From positions 45,632,001-45,696,000 of the forward strand of contig NC_043004.1 in NCBI RefSeq assembly GCF_006345805.1: a stretch of DNA of 64,000 nt, written 5' to 3'. A model generated the notes under the pieces. The model was not told the DNA's origin. It saw only the letters and a program-made list of their open reading frames with translations, and searched no databases. The DNA is from Octopus sinensis. Its lineage: Eukaryota. This document shows, in pieces, positions 1 to 14,029 of the stretch (position 1 is its first letter; each line of letters begins with the position of its first letter). The position numbers and the translations under genes are program-made.

Positions 1-957
1 TATATTTCAAACAAATATACTAGAAATATACTATGCGCAAGAGGAAGTTCAACGAGTAGTAAACCTCTCGGTCACTTAAGAGAGTAAAGTTGTTATTAAT
101 AAATCCACACACACACACACATACGCACATACGCACGCACACACATGCACACACACAATGCACACACACATGCACGCATGTACACGCGCAAAACATGTGG
201 AATTCAGCTACCCAGAGTTTTCGGGCCGAAATATTCAGTCATTTCAATGTTTCACAAGTGAGAATAAATATATGTGTAGTTAACCCTTCATGTTTACATT
301 ATCAGCTTGGGAAATTGGGGCCAAGTATACCTGTGTACCCGAATTTCGCAAAGTTTTTGTATGGTTTTATTAAAAATATATATGTATGTAAGTATGTATG
401 TATATATGTAAGCATGTTTGTATATATGTGTGTATGTGTGTGTGTGTGAGTTTTTCTGTGGGTATATACACGACTAACTGTCGTAAAGTATCTCTTTCCG
501 TCTACCAAATTTCATTGCATCGATTTGACGAAAGCTAGCAGATATTTACACATTTGTACTGCTGCAAAGGACCGAACTGTAGAACACGAAATTGTTGTGT
601 ATCACACAGCTATACCAACCATACCTGCGCCCAGGTAAACACAAACCTGTATTTTGAGCATATTACTGTTATAAACATGAATATTGTTTACACATACTGA
701 ACTGAACTGTGTGGTTATTTCTTATCACAGCTTTCCATACAATTACATACAATGTTATGATTTACATAGGTTTCCACAAAATGGTTTTGTTTATGACTAC
801 GTGGTTTCCTATATGATTTGTAACCGCACAAACAATTTCGTATATTTACGCATTGATAAACATATGCATCTAGTTTTAGATGCACACATGTTAGTCTTCG
901 TTCTCCAAAACACTCATACACACATGTATATACATACATACACACACACACACACAC

Positions 958-988
<31 letters not shown>

Positions 989-1802
989 GTATATATATAT
1001 ATATGTATATATATATATACATATATATATACATATATACACGCATAAAATATTTACAGACCCCTTTACACACACACGCACACACAAACATATGTATGCA
1101 TGTATATATATGTGCGTGTGTGCGCGCGTGTGTTTATGTATATATATATATATATATGCATCTACATATGAATATACATACATTTGTATATATATATATA
1201 TATATTATGAATATGTGTATACATATATATGTTTGTGTATACGTATATATTAACATATATACATACATATTTATCCTCGTGTATAATATAGTGCTTATAT
1301 TTATTCATATATATGTATGTATATATATATGTACATATATATAGATATTCAGTCATATATATATAAATATGCATGCAAATATGTGTGTGGGTGTGTATGC
1401 GTGTGTGCGTGTGCGTGTGAATACCACCAGGCATAGCAAAATACAAAAAAAAAATTAAAAAAATTACAATACTATGGTTTGGCATGTAATTCTCATTCAC
1501 GAAATCCCAACGAGCCAAACTAGAAAACTAATCCAAAAATATTATGAAAAAAGCAAAACAAAAAACAAAACAAAACAACGCAAAAAAAAAACCGCTTGCA
1601 TCTATACGTAAGCTGCTTTTAGGATTTGAAGAAAACATGCAATACACGATATACAACTGATGTGTTGTTGTACAGACTATCTTCCCTACTTGCTGTCAGT
1701 TCTCTACAAACTCTCTATCTACAGCCCATTTGAAAAGGAAAATAAAGACACAAAAAAAAGAAAAAAAGAAATGCAATAATCAGCAGCAAACCAATGAGGA
1801 AG

Positions 1803-1803
1803 C

Positions 1804-1867
<64 letters not shown>

Positions 1868-1932
1868 TGAATAATAATAATAATAACAATAATAATATTA
1901 ACATTAATAATAATAATAATAACAATAATAAT

Positions 1933-1971
<39 letters not shown>

Positions 1972-2070
1972 AAGCATATTAATAATGATAAAATAATAGT
2001 AATAAGGATAAAATTTTAGTAGTAGTAGTAGTAGTAGTAATAATAATAATAATGATATTAATAATGATAA

Positions 2071-2146
<76 letters not shown>

Positions 2147-2160
2147 TAATAATAATAATA
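1803..2160. repeat. (AAT)n microsatellite with an (AGT)n patch
   Basis: Directly visible trinucleotide array. It explains the poly-I/L/N/Y ORFs. Confidence 0.95.
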
Positions 2161-2315
2161 ATACTAAGAAGAAGAAGAAGAAGAAGAAGAAGGAACAGAA
2201 GAAGAGGGAGAAGAGGAGGAGAAGGGGAACAAGAACAAGAAGTAGAAGGCAAAGCAGAGGAAATAAAAGAAAGGCAAATCCCTGAATAATCTGAGAGAAC
2301 ATATTCTAAAATAAC

Positions 2316-2485
2316 GATGATGAGGGCGAAGATGATGATGATGATAATGATGACGACAATGACGACGACCACAACGATGGTGATGATGATGACGACGACG
2401 ATGAATGTGACGGTGCTGGCGACGCCGACGCCGCCCATGACGTCGATGATGATGCTGCTGAGGATGGTCAGTGTTAGTAATGATG

Positions 2486-2517
<32 letters not shown>

Positions 2518-2666
2518 GATGATGATGATGATGACGATGATGATGATGATGATGATGATGACTTGATGATGATGATGATGATGACGACGACGACGATGAT
2601 GACGATGATGTTGATGATGGTGATGATGATGATGATGGTGATGATGACGACGATGATGATGATGAC

Positions 2667-2702
<36 letters not shown>

Positions 2703-2980
2703 AGGGACGACGATTGATTGATAAAGATGATGATGACGGTGATGGTGATTGATAATGGAAACGCTAATTTTCAAAAACGGTAATGAAAATAATGACGATG
2801 ACGTTGATGACAATACAACTGTTTCAACATCATTGCTTTTTATTTGTTTGTTAAGAAGATGACGATGACAACATCGCTGACAATAACGGCTATTTCTTTC
2901 TTTCTTTCTTTGCAGATTTTTCAATTTTGAGAAATTGTAATGATGGTCACAATGACGCCGCTGTCGACGACGACGAAGAC

Positions 2981-3025
<45 letters not shown>

Positions 3026-3442
3026 AATGATGGTGATAAGGAGAAGGTGCATGTTGGTGATGAGTAGGAGGGGGAGGAGAGGGAGAAAGAAGAAAAAAGA
3101 GGAAAATGAAGAGGTGGGCTCGATGGACGAGGAGGTGGTCGCCGATGACGGTTATGAAAAAAGATGTCGATGATGATGATGATAATGATAATGACGCAGA
3201 TGATGATGATGATGAAGAAGAAGATGATGATGATGATCATTATGATGATGATGATGATGATGATAATGATGAAGGAGAAGATGATGATGATGAAGATGAT
3301 GATGATGATGATGATGATAATGACGAAGATGATGATGATGATGATGAAGAAGATGATGATGATGATCATTATGATGATGATGATGATAATGAAGAAGATG
3401 ATGAAGAAGATGATGATGATGATTATGATGATGAAGAAGAAA

Positions 3443-3483
<41 letters not shown>

Positions 3484-3560
3484 AATGAAGAAGATGATGA
3501 AGAAGATGATAATGAAGATGATGATGAAGAAGATGAAGAAGAAGAAGAAGAAGAAGAAGG

Positions 3561-3632
<72 letters not shown>

Positions 3633-3642
3633 CGACGACGAC

Positions 3643-3688
<46 letters not shown>

Positions 3689-3740
3689 GTGATGATCACG
3701 ACAACGACGAACGATGACTGCAACGATAATGATTATAATG
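2316..3740. repeat. Compound (GAT/GAC/GAA)n trinucleotide array
   Basis: About 1.4 kb of in-phase GAT-rich triplets with short interruptions. It is the source of the poly-D/M/I ORFs. Confidence 0.95.
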
Positions 3741-3974
3741 AGATCACGTCCATTGCAACAATTCCGTTTTAAAAGTAATGATCATGACGATATTTTTAGT
3801 TAAAGCGATTTCTTGCAACGTGATGAGAGACCGGCAGCCGCTGCTTGGACGCTGACGATTCAGCATGGCTAATTGGACTGGCAGCTTGTTTTGGCGACAG
3901 TGATTTTTGGTGAAAGAGAGAGAAAAAGAGAGAAAGAGAAATGGAGAGAGTGAGAGTGAGAAATAGATAAATAG

Positions 3975-4021
<47 letters not shown>

Positions 4022-4446
4022 AGTAGGAGCGACACGTGAGAAAGATTAAAAAGCTTATATCAAAGAGGCAAAGCGGTCAGCGTCGAATCACCAATGCCAC
4101 ATAAGTGGCACCAAAACTCTTGCTCTGAAACGTCTGTTCTGAAATCATTCCTCACTCTTCTAGCACAGCCACACTGTTTCACTTAACAACGCTTCTGCTA
4201 CTGCTGCTGGTGATGATGGTGATGATAATGATGGTGATGCTGCTACTACTGATGATGGAAATAACCTTGATGATTGTTGACAGTTGTGACCCGAATGTCA
4301 CAGGAATACAAATTCAGTTTTCTTTCAGGAGATCCTACTGATGAGGCCATGGAATTAGCCGAAACTGACTGATCAGTATAAGGATTTATCGACCGGTTCT
4401 TTCGGGTGATAGCAGTTCTTTTCAGTATATATGTATACGATTATGT

Positions 4447-4649
4447 GTGGAGGCGCAATGGCCCAGTGGTTACGGCAGCGGATACACGGTCGTAGGATCG
4501 CGGTTTCGATTACCAGACCGGGCGTTGTGAATGTTTATCGAGTGAAAACCCTTAAAGCTCCATGGGGCTCCACAACTTTCTTTCACTCCTTCTTCCTGAT
4601 TCTGATGTGCTTGTATTTCAAAGGGCCAGCCTGTGTCACGCTGAATCTC
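4447..4649 (+). mobile_element. tRNA-derived SINE, family C (GGAGGCGCAATGGCCCAGTGGTTA head), 3'-truncated
   Basis: A-box-like TGGCCCAGTGG and B-box-like GGTTTCGATTACC. The head is shared with copies at 62072 and 51901-52165. Confidence 0.8.
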
Positions 4650-4656
4650 ACAATCT

Positions 4657-4858
4657 CTTGCAGGAGTAGCCCATCCTGCTCAAAACGTCTCTGAATAAGT
4701 GCTGTTTAAGGATATTGAACGAAACACCCAAGTTTCCAGAGGTGAATTATCCAAACACCCCCAGATTCCTCTCAAAACATGGCTATGATTCTCCCCCACT
4801 ACTTCTGCTCGTGATCAGAGATTCACATATCAGAAGCCATGAGAACCACTGCCTGGTA

Positions 4859-4860
<2 letters not shown>
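4657..4860 (-). mobile_element. Internally deleted copy of an unclassified (TAA)n-associated retroposon
   Basis: Aligns to 5018-5520 with deletions at short microhomologies (CTTGCAGG, ATCAG). It abuts an (ATT)n tract. Confidence 0.7.
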
Positions 4861-4924
<64 letters not shown>

Positions 4925-5017
4925 CATTATTATTATTATTATCATTATTATAATTATCATTATTATCATTATTATTATTATATTATTATTATTATTATTT
5001 TTATTATTATTATTATT

Positions 5018-5520
5018 GAGTGAGAGAGCAGTGCATGTCATCAAAGTGACACTGGGGTAAAATATACGAAACCCAGTACACCCATCATGACTACCCGTCT
5101 GTGCGCGACATGGTGATCTCATATGAAGATACACAGCACATGACCTTGCAGGTGGGGCCCAGTTAGAATTTTCTTCTGGTCGAGAAGCCCATCCTGCTCA
5201 AATGGTCCCTGAATAAGGGTTGTTTAAGGATGTTGAACGAAACACCCATGTTTCCAGCGGTGAATTATTCAAACCCCAAAGAATCCCTCTCAACATATGG
5301 CTATGATGCTCCCCCACTACTTCTGCTCGTGATCAGAGATGCACATATCGTCAGCCACTAAGGGACATGCTCAACTGGTTAAGGTCAAACAACTGACAAG
5401 CAAATCTGTGGTATTCAGCAGAATATTTGCTGTAGCCCATCTTTTATACCAAGACAAAACAATGTACATGATAACACTTCCAATCAGTTAAGATCAGAAG
5501 CCATGAGAGCCACTGCCTGT
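5018..5520 (-). mobile_element. Unclassified retroposon or LINE 3' portion flanked on both sides by (TAA)n
   Basis: Repeated in the window at 4657-4860 and, diverged, at about 55320-55490 (+). Both ends are in (AAT)n arrays. The orientation is inferred. Confidence 0.65.
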
Positions 5521-5545
5521 ATTATTATTATTATTATTATTATTA

Positions 5546-5588
<43 letters not shown>

Positions 5589-5589
5589 T

Positions 5590-7030
5590 GAAGCCATGCC
5601 ATGTGTAAATGGCAAATTATTTTGCAGAATGAAGTATGAAACATGAACAATAGACCTATCACTATTAGACAAAGAATTCTCTAAGGTAATGTTTAATCTT
5701 TTTCTCTCTCCGGTGCAAATAGCTGAGATGTTAAGTAAGATTGGACTTAGAGAAGAAAAAAAAAACTAGAAATACTATTGAAAATATTACATAAATTTTC
5801 CAAAGAAATTGATTTGAGATCTAGATTAGAAAAAAAGCACCAAGGAAACCTTATAAAGGTAATATGATTAATAAATCTAATATTATGTTCGATAAAGAAT
5901 GTGAGAGCAGAAAATTAGATAAAACACATACACATGCTTATTTAATGAACTAGAGAGTGTAGCGTATGCAAAACAGAATGAAGAAAAATGAATGAATGTT
6001 TATAGATGCATTCGATTAATATTTAAGGCAGAGCTGTGTGGAAAAAACATAAGGCGTTAAGCATTAATACAATAACTTCTCCAGTTATTTTATAGATACA
6101 ATATTTTCATCTTAAACACTGAAAGAACTAATAAGAATATAGAAAACGAAAACTACATTTTGAATAGAGCACCCAAAATTTAAAATGGGAAGGTTACATT
6201 TACCGTAGAAGCCGTATATTCTTTATTCTTTTATTCTTTTACTTGTTTCAGTCATTTGACTGCGGCCATGCTGGAGCACCGCCTTTAGTCGAGCAAATCG
6301 ACCCCGGGACTTATTCTTTGTAAGCCCAGTACTTATTCTATCGGTCTCTTTTGCCGAACCGCTAAGTGACGGGGACGTAAACACACCAGCATCGGTTGTC
6401 AAGCAATGCTAGGGGGACAAAAACAGACACACACACACACATACACACACATACATATATATATATATATACATATATACGACAGCCTTCTTTCAGTTTC
6501 CGTCTACCAAATCCACTCACAAGGCATTGGTCGGCCCAGGGCTATAGCAGAAGACACTTGCCCAAGATGCCACGCAGTGGGACTGAACCCGGAACCATGT
6601 GGTTGGTTAGCAAGCTACTTACCACACAGCCACTCCTGCGCCTACAACTATATAAAAAAGTATTCAATGTAGGGTTGTTAACTATTTACTAAAGAATAGC
6701 GGAGAAAAAACAAGCTAATTTCTGTTTTACTTAAAGAAGCAAAAAAAGTAATAAATAAATAAATAAATAAATAAATAAAATATCTGGAGTTATGGCGGAA
6801 AGAAAGAAACAGTAAAAAGAGTTATGAAAATGTTAAGATTTAGGCCAAAAAGAAGTTACAGAATGCCACAAAATGATTGCAAGAAAAACTCCACATATCC
6901 GACCCCTGAAAAACATGTACAGAGTAGAAGTAATGAGAAAAAATTCGTAAAACTGGCTGCGAAACTTTATGGTTCAAAAGCCGAAACTGGACGATTCCTG
7001 ATTGCAGCACAGGATCAAAGCCGCATCCCT
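5590..7030 (+). mobile_element. Decayed R4/Dong-clade non-LTR retrotransposon (RT C-terminal region), split by a SINE
   Basis: Frame-broken motifs LEILLKILHKFSKEIDLRSRLEK, RLIFKAELCGKN, INTITSPV, HPKFKMGRLHLP and KAETGRFLIAAQDQS match the Dong/R4 pattern (FS.DI...GL.KC; LK.EL...NK; HHPK...RLY.P; K.ETEG...AAQDQ.L). It starts right after a (TAA)n tract. Confidence 0.65.
6219..6639 (-). mobile_element. tRNA-derived SINE, family A (full length, internal TA/TG microsatellite)
   Basis: Minus-strand head GCAGGAGTGGCTGTGTGGTAAG...GGTTCAGTCCC and 3' tail GCAGTCAAATGACTGAAACAAGTAAAAGAATAA. More than 12 related copies occur in the window. Confidence 0.9.
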
Positions 7031-7086
7031 AGAAACCCCAAAGATATTACACTAAGCAGAATATCAGTAATTACAGAATATGCACG

Positions 7087-7290
7087 GTTGGGAATGCACG
7101 ATTTTAGGATCTGCACATATCTGGCTCGACCTGGGAGGCGGGTGGCAGTGCTGTTTTGAAAAGGCCTGGATCTCGAGGTACAGATGATCTTCCTGGGCCT
7201 AGATGGTAAGTTGATGATCCCGGATGTGAGCATTAAGGCAGATAATGCTTTTAGATTAATCACTCTGTACTCCCCGATGTGCGGCCCACA
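7087..7290 (+). mobile_element. Tx1/L1-clade LINE apurinic-endonuclease fragment
   Basis: Translation VAVLF*KGLDLEVQMIFLGLDGKLMIPDVS...FRLITLYSP matches the L1/Tx1 APE pattern GVAVL.....GR......FRLI.VYAP. It contains a stop codon. Confidence 0.6.
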
Positions 7291-7742
7291 TTGTTTCAAA
7301 GGTTATCCAGTCTTAACTATGAAAACATGCAACTAATGGCATGACATTGTTGTGGCATGCATCCACTAGAAGCTATGATTATGAAATACCAGTGGAAAAC
7401 AGACTATATATATATAAGAAATGTTTACGGAGAATGATAAACCGACTATAAGCTGGGTCATGTCATTACGTATAGATACATATAGATAGAACTAAAAGTT
7501 AATGCCCAGATAAATAAATTATCCCGATATTCTGAATAATCACGTATTTTGCTGTAAAATTATGTGGAATTCTCTCAAGAGAGAAGTGGACAGGGTTACA
7601 TCGAAATTTTATTCTGTGATATGTAGTTTGTTTATTCTATGATGATATGTTTGTTTGTGAGTGTGTGTGTGTGTTTGTGTGTATGGGTGAGTGTGTGCGC
7701 ACTCTATGCGTATGTGTATGCCGTAGTGTTTGGGACCAGATA

Positions 7743-7788
<46 letters not shown>

Positions 7789-7792
<4 letters not shown>

Positions 7793-7862
7793 TAATCCAA
7801 ACATGAAAGCACAAAAAACACAACGCGAGGACGTGGAACAAATGCAGTATTATTGGACGCTC
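7789..7862 (-). mobile_element. Penelope-type terminal-repeat fragment (same family as 15730-15930 and 18880-19142)
   Basis: GTTAATCCAAACATGA...CAACGCGAGGACGTG...TTATTGGACGCTCA is shared with those copies. It abuts (TA)n. Confidence 0.7.
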
Positions 7863-8039
7863 ACATGCATATACATACATGCATACATACATGCATACAT
7901 ACATACATACATACATACATACATACATACATACATACATACATACACACATACATACATAACTACATACATACATACATACATACACACACACACATAC
8001 ATACATACATACATACATACATAATACATATACAGTGAT

Positions 8040-9600
8040 ATGTAGTGAAACATTTTGTTAAAGGTTATTACTTCACAATAAAAGAGCTTCCAGTTATGAC
8101 TCTCTATGAACTGTTGATCATACTGTTTACAACATCTATAAACAATGTGCTTTGAAAAGAAACCTGCTTGAAAATGATGATAAATGGTAGATATGTATGA
8201 GAGAACCATCATTAACGCAATTGCCTTCATAGCTAAATCAATCTGCACACACTAAGAAGTGTGTTGGATACACATAGCATTCCTAGGGGAGACTTATCAC
8301 ATACTTGAAGACCAAATGATGGAAGACTATCTTAGAGATAACTCGAGAGGTTTAACTATAGAAAACGAAACAAAAACATTGAATAATATAGAAACAACAT
8401 TGTCAGTGCATAGATTAAGTTGTCAGGACCTTGGTCAACCTTCTTCAAATTATTTACTTTCTTATGCAGAAAAAATGGCAAAAAGGATCATATTGCTATT
8501 ATTCAAAATCTTGACAGGTGTCAGGTCAAGTTAAACTAAAGTGCAGTAACATGTATTTTAGCAAAAAACGTTGCAACACAAGGTTATCTTTTATGATTTC
8601 TTATTTTAGTAAAAAACATTGCAACACAAGGTTATCTTTTATGATTTCTTTGTTGGTTAGGGAAGTTGTATTTATTGAATACATCAATTTAAAATCTTAT
8701 GAACAAAATGTTTGCAACATAACAACAGGCTTTGCTGCAGATTTTTTAAGTGATGATCGAACAGTAAATAAATAGCTGAGGAACCTGAAGTAGAAACGAT
8801 TTTTTTCCTCAAGAAAATACCACCTAAGCAGTTTGAAAGAATACTAGACTCTGTCTACACATTGTGGATGATTCGATGCTCTCTGCTAACATTCTTCGAG
8901 TCTTTGACTTACACTCAAAACGAATTTTGTTTTAAAATGTATTATATACCCTTTGATGGAAACATTCTTTTGCTTGAAGGAGATTTCCACCAAACTACTC
9001 CAATAATCACTGGACTTACTATTTTTGAAAATTCTGTTAAGTCATCTCCGCTTTAACCCAAAGAAAAATGTGTAAATCTGTCAGAAAATATGACAAATGT
9101 AGAGATATTTGGCGTTGGAACCGGTGCACTGATAAATAATTGTAGACTGCAAGAAGACCTAGATCTGTGACTTTTGACTCTTTTGTGCCCATGGGTCCCT
9201 TCGATTCCTATTTTACGCTACTGGACCGCCGAAGACATTCGATGTGTATAATAAACATCCAACTGTATTTTTACAACTAAATATTATTTAAAAAAAATAT
9301 ATTATGCGTATTGTAGAAGTATAAACAATGTATTGTACATACATTTTTACAACAAAATCTTATATGGACTTCGAAGAGCAATATGGACGCCGGTTGAGTA
9401 CCTCTGTCTTAGATTTACATAGAATCAAATCAGTACAATAAAAGTTATGCCTGAAGATTTAAGAGATGTCTCAAGTGAAAAATCAATTGAAAATGAGTGT
9501 ATCAACTAAGTATTCTTGAATCGTACAAATGTTGCCTATTTGAAATTGGGCAAAGATATGTTTGCATTAGAACTGTTGCTAGAATCATTGCTAGAGATAA
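8040..9600 (+). mobile_element. Degenerate Helitron RepHel (PIF1-like helicase) fossil
   Basis: Broken-frame motifs YKQCALKRNLLENDDKW (cf. TFKEAC..RGLLEDD.EW), TLNNIETTL....SCQDLGQP, CNITTGFAADFLSDDRTV (cf. ASSGIAA.LL.GGRT.H) and PFDGNILLLEGDFHQTTP...SVKSSPL (cf. PFGGK.VLLGGDFRQ.LP...LKSS.LW). It includes a 48-bp tandem duplication at 8554-8649. Confidence 0.75.
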
Positions 9601-10423
9601 AATGATAGCGGGCGGTTACTGAGTTAAGTTTTTAAGTGCAATGGCATCAAATGACCGTCATCTGATATCCTGAAATTAGAGATTGTAGTGATCGTTACGA
9701 TATTAGACAATTTTGATCCGAGAAGCGAACGGCTTAATAAAATCCGAGTTTGATCTGCTCTTGTGATCTCTAACGTAATGATCAGATCAAATGCAGACTG
9801 GTAATAAGAAATGAGAGGAGGAAATCATCCCAAAATATACATAATTATAAACACAAACATATGTACTAAAAACCACAGGGAAAGGATTTAAATGATTAAA
9901 AAAACAGAAGAGAACGTACATACTAGAGCAAAACAGACACATACAGTACACACACAAACACATACACATACAGTATACCCACAAACACACGCACATACTC
10001 ACACTTACATGTGGGAACATGCATATATTTATCTATACGAATGTAATTATATGAATACACGCACACACAAACACACGCACGCACACACATACATACACAC
10101 ACACATATATATAGGTACATCTATTCATACATATAGACACACACTGACACACACGCATATACAGACACACACTCATCACTGTATATACCAGGATATCGGA
10201 TTAGGTTATACACCAGTGATCACAATTTGGTTTATTTTCCGTTATGGTATCTTACACACGAGGCTGACACGCTGGGTAGGTGAGCAGAGCCGCATTCACC
10301 CTGAACGTACCGTTGGGCCGTCGCAGAGTTACCTGTTTTACAAACGAATCGACTGGACTAACGCAAAACGAAGCAGTTGCTCAAGATCACAGCGTATCAC
10401 CGGTCTGTGAATCGAAACGATAG

Positions 10424-10460
<37 letters not shown>

Positions 10461-10577
10461 TATATATATATATAGTTATATATATGTATGTATATATATT
10501 TATCCGTATATCTGTATATATATATATGTACGTATATATATATATACATACATATATATATATATATATAATATATA

Positions 10578-10626
<49 letters not shown>

Positions 10627-11120
10627 TGGTCCAAAACATTACGACATACACATATACACAGAGTAGACACACACTCACCCATACACACGAACACACACAC
10701 ACGCTCACAAACAAACACAGACATGTGAGCAGAGGCACATATTTGGTTATTACATACATCTGTATACATATGTATATATAAATACATACATAACACACAC
10801 ACATATATATGTATGTATATATGCGTACATACTTATATACATACGCACAAACATTCATACATCCATATATATATATACCTACACACATATATGTATACAC
10901 ATATATACATATGCATACATACATATCTGAATCCATATATACATAAATATCGTAACTAATAACCGGTGTCAGTGAATGAAAATGCCTCAGATGAATTACG
11001 ACACACCTTGATAGGTACATATGTGTCTACTTAGTACACACCTATTCATATTTTATTCTTCAAATGCATGTATGAAACATACATACGCACATGTATATGT
11101 ATACGTATAAAATAAACGTG

Positions 11121-11158
<38 letters not shown>

Positions 11159-12130
11159 ATACATACATGTGCCAGGAAATTACATGCAAGTTGATAGTTT
11201 TATAACAGCAACAAAAACAAGAATAATTTTTATGTGTATAACTATACACACACACACACATATATATGTATACATATATATACATACATATACATATACA
11301 TATATATATATATATATGCATATAAGTATATATGCATGTATGTATATGCATATATATGTGTGTGTGTAGTTATATATATATACATTTATACCTTATATAT
11401 GGATGTATAGTTATATATATATATGTATGTATAGTTCTATACATATATATATATATATATATATATGAATATATGTATATAAGTATATATGTATATATGT
11501 ATATATATATATGTATATATATGTGTGTGTATGTATCTATATATATAACTACACATACACAGACGCACACGCACATATATCTACATACGTACATGCATAT
11601 ATACTTATATACATTTATACTCAGCACATACACTCAAATATATACACACGTAAATAGCTAGAGCCAAAATTACGCACAAACATAAAATTCCTCATATCTC
11701 TTTCATCAGTTTACTGTTTCATGATGAAATCTTCAGTTCATCTAGAATTCCTAAAGACTGAACGTCCAATCGTACTACCTGACACAGGTTTAATTAGGAC
11801 AAAGTAATCGCAATCATAGTATATTTGCTTTGACGTATATGCGAACAATATATAAATATATATATATATTGTTTTGATAAGATATCTCTATAAAGGGTGC
11901 TTAGTAATTGCAATAAAAACTAGAATGAAACGAAAAAATAATTGTGTATTTGTGATATAGTTCGCACAAGTTTTATCAGATAGAAGGGAGGCAGGAAATT
12001 ACATGCAAGGCAATATGCTTATCAAAAACAACAACAACAACAACAATAATAATAATCTTTTCTTTTCTGCTATAGGCATTTTGGGAAAGGGGTACATCGA
12101 TTACATGATCATCAGAGCTCAACTCTCTAT

Positions 12131-12660
12131 TACTTCTTTCAGTTATTTGACTGCGGCCATGATGGAGCACCGGCTTGAGTCGAAGAAATCGACCCCAGGA
12201 CATATTCTTTGTAAGCCTTGTACTTATTCTATCGTTTTCTATTGCCGAACCGCTAAGTTACGGTCGTCAAGCAATGTTGGTTGGAGGAACACAGACACAC
12301 AAACATATACACACACACACATCCATCCATCCATCCATATATATATACGATGTGCTTCATTTAGTTTCCGTCTACCAAATTCACTCACAAGGCTTTGGTC
12401 GAGGCTATAGTAGAAGACACTTGTCCAAGTGGGACTGAACCCAGAACCATGTGGTTTGTGAGCAAGCTACTTACCAGTCAGATATATATATACATGTATA
12501 CGACGGGCTTCTTTCAGTTTTCATCTACCAAATCCACTGACAAGGCTTTGGTCGGCGCGAGGCTATAGTAGAAGACACTTGCCCAAGGTGCCACGCAGTG
12601 GGACTGAACCCAGAACTATGTGGTCGGTAAGCAAGCTACTTACCACACAGCCACTCCTGC
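12131..12660 (-). mobile_element. Two tandem family-A SINE copies (one near full length, one head only)
   Basis: The head segment CCAAATCCAC...CTTACCACACAGCCACTCCTGC occurs at about 12495-12660, and a diverged copy at 12131-12476. Confidence 0.85.
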
Positions 12661-12671
12661 ACCTATACTGG

Positions 12672-13017
12672 TAATTAATTTTCCCTGAACGGATGAAAGG
12701 TAAAGTCAGCCTCGTCAGGACATAACGCCGGAAGAAATGCCGCTGTGCATTTTATCGGGTACAGTAAGGAGTCCGCCAGTTCGGTGCCTTCATTATGATA
12801 ATAATCATTTCTACTATGGGCACAATGCCTGAAATTTGGTGGGGAGGTGACTAGTTGATTACATCGACTCCGGTGTTTTACTGTCACTTAATTCATCAGC
12901 CCCGAAAAAAATGAAAAGCAAAGTCGACCACGGCGGAATTTGAACTCAGAACGTGCAGACAGACGAAATGTTGCTAAACATTCTGCACGGCGTGCTAATG
13001 ACTTATCCAGCTCGCCG

Positions 13018-13020
<3 letters not shown>
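12672..13020 (-). mobile_element. Family-B SINE remnants
   Basis: GAAAGCAAAGTCGACCACGGCGGAATTTGAACTCAGAACG...CCAGCTCGCCGC is shared with the copy at 31373-31588. Confidence 0.75.
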
Positions 13021-13113
<93 letters not shown>

Positions 13114-13121
13114 TGATAATT

Positions 13122-13174
<53 letters not shown>

Positions 13175-13337
13175 AATAATGATGATGATGATGATGATGA
13201 TAATAATGATGATGATGATGATGATAATAATGATGATGATGATGATGATGATGATAATGATGATGCTAATGATGATGAAGATGCTGATGATAATGATGGT
13301 GATGATGATGATGATGATGATGATGATGGTGGTAATA

Positions 13338-13385
<48 letters not shown>

Positions 13386-13432
13386 TAATAATAATAATGA
13401 TAATAATAATATTAATAATAATAATATTACGA
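13021..13432. repeat. (AAT)n-(GAT)n-(AAT)n compound microsatellite
   Basis: Directly visible. Confidence 0.95.
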
Positions 13433-13454
13433 ACATGAACCTAGTAAATTACTA

Positions 13455-13905
13455 GAAAGTAAGAAATATAAGATGTGGGATTTCAACATTCAGACTGACA
13501 GAGTAATAGAAGCTAGAAGATATGATTTAGTAGTAGCAGAGAATACTAAACACCCATCCTCTAAATTTATTTGCCTAGTTTCAAAAATATGGAATCAATA
13601 TCAGAGGCATACAAAAATAGCAAAGTGTCAGTACCTAGCCGTTGAGTTACCGAGGCTATGGAAAGTGCGGATAAAATGTATCACGGTGGCTAAAATGTTA
13701 TAGGTGTATTAGGAACTATTCTTAAAGATTTGAGTAGATGGATAGAGGAAACAGACATAAAACTCAGTCTAGTACAGCTCCAGAAAATAGTATTATTGGG
13801 GGTAGCTAGGATACTTAAGAAGGATTTGGGCATCTAAGTTACTTGTAGGCCGATGTAAAGAGTTTTTTTTTCCAACAGTCTAATCAAATGTACGTAAATG
13901 AAATA
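13455..13905 (+). mobile_element. 5'-truncated R4/Dong-clade LINE, restriction-like endonuclease C-terminus plus 3' UTR
   Basis: MWDFNIQTDRVIEARRYDLVV...KYQ/CQYLAVELPRLWKV...IGVLGTILKDL...QLQKIVLLGVARILKKDLGI* (stop 13835-13837). It is flanked on both sides by (TAA)n, the known Dong target. Confidence 0.85.
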
Positions 13906-13924
13906 ATAATAATAATAATAATAA

Positions 13925-14025
<101 letters not shown>

Positions 14026-14029
14026 TACT

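Noticed and set aside
2058-3772. Long ORFs of 134-288 aa (poly-D, poly-M, poly-I, poly-S)
   Set aside because: They are translations of GAT/AAT triplet arrays that lack stops in some frames. There is no domain, splice or start context.
10380-10425. Stem plus GAAACGATA resembling another hammerhead (also 50320-50395, 26400-26480)
   Set aside because: No CUGANGA-like segment in register, or no valid NUH site with closing stem I.
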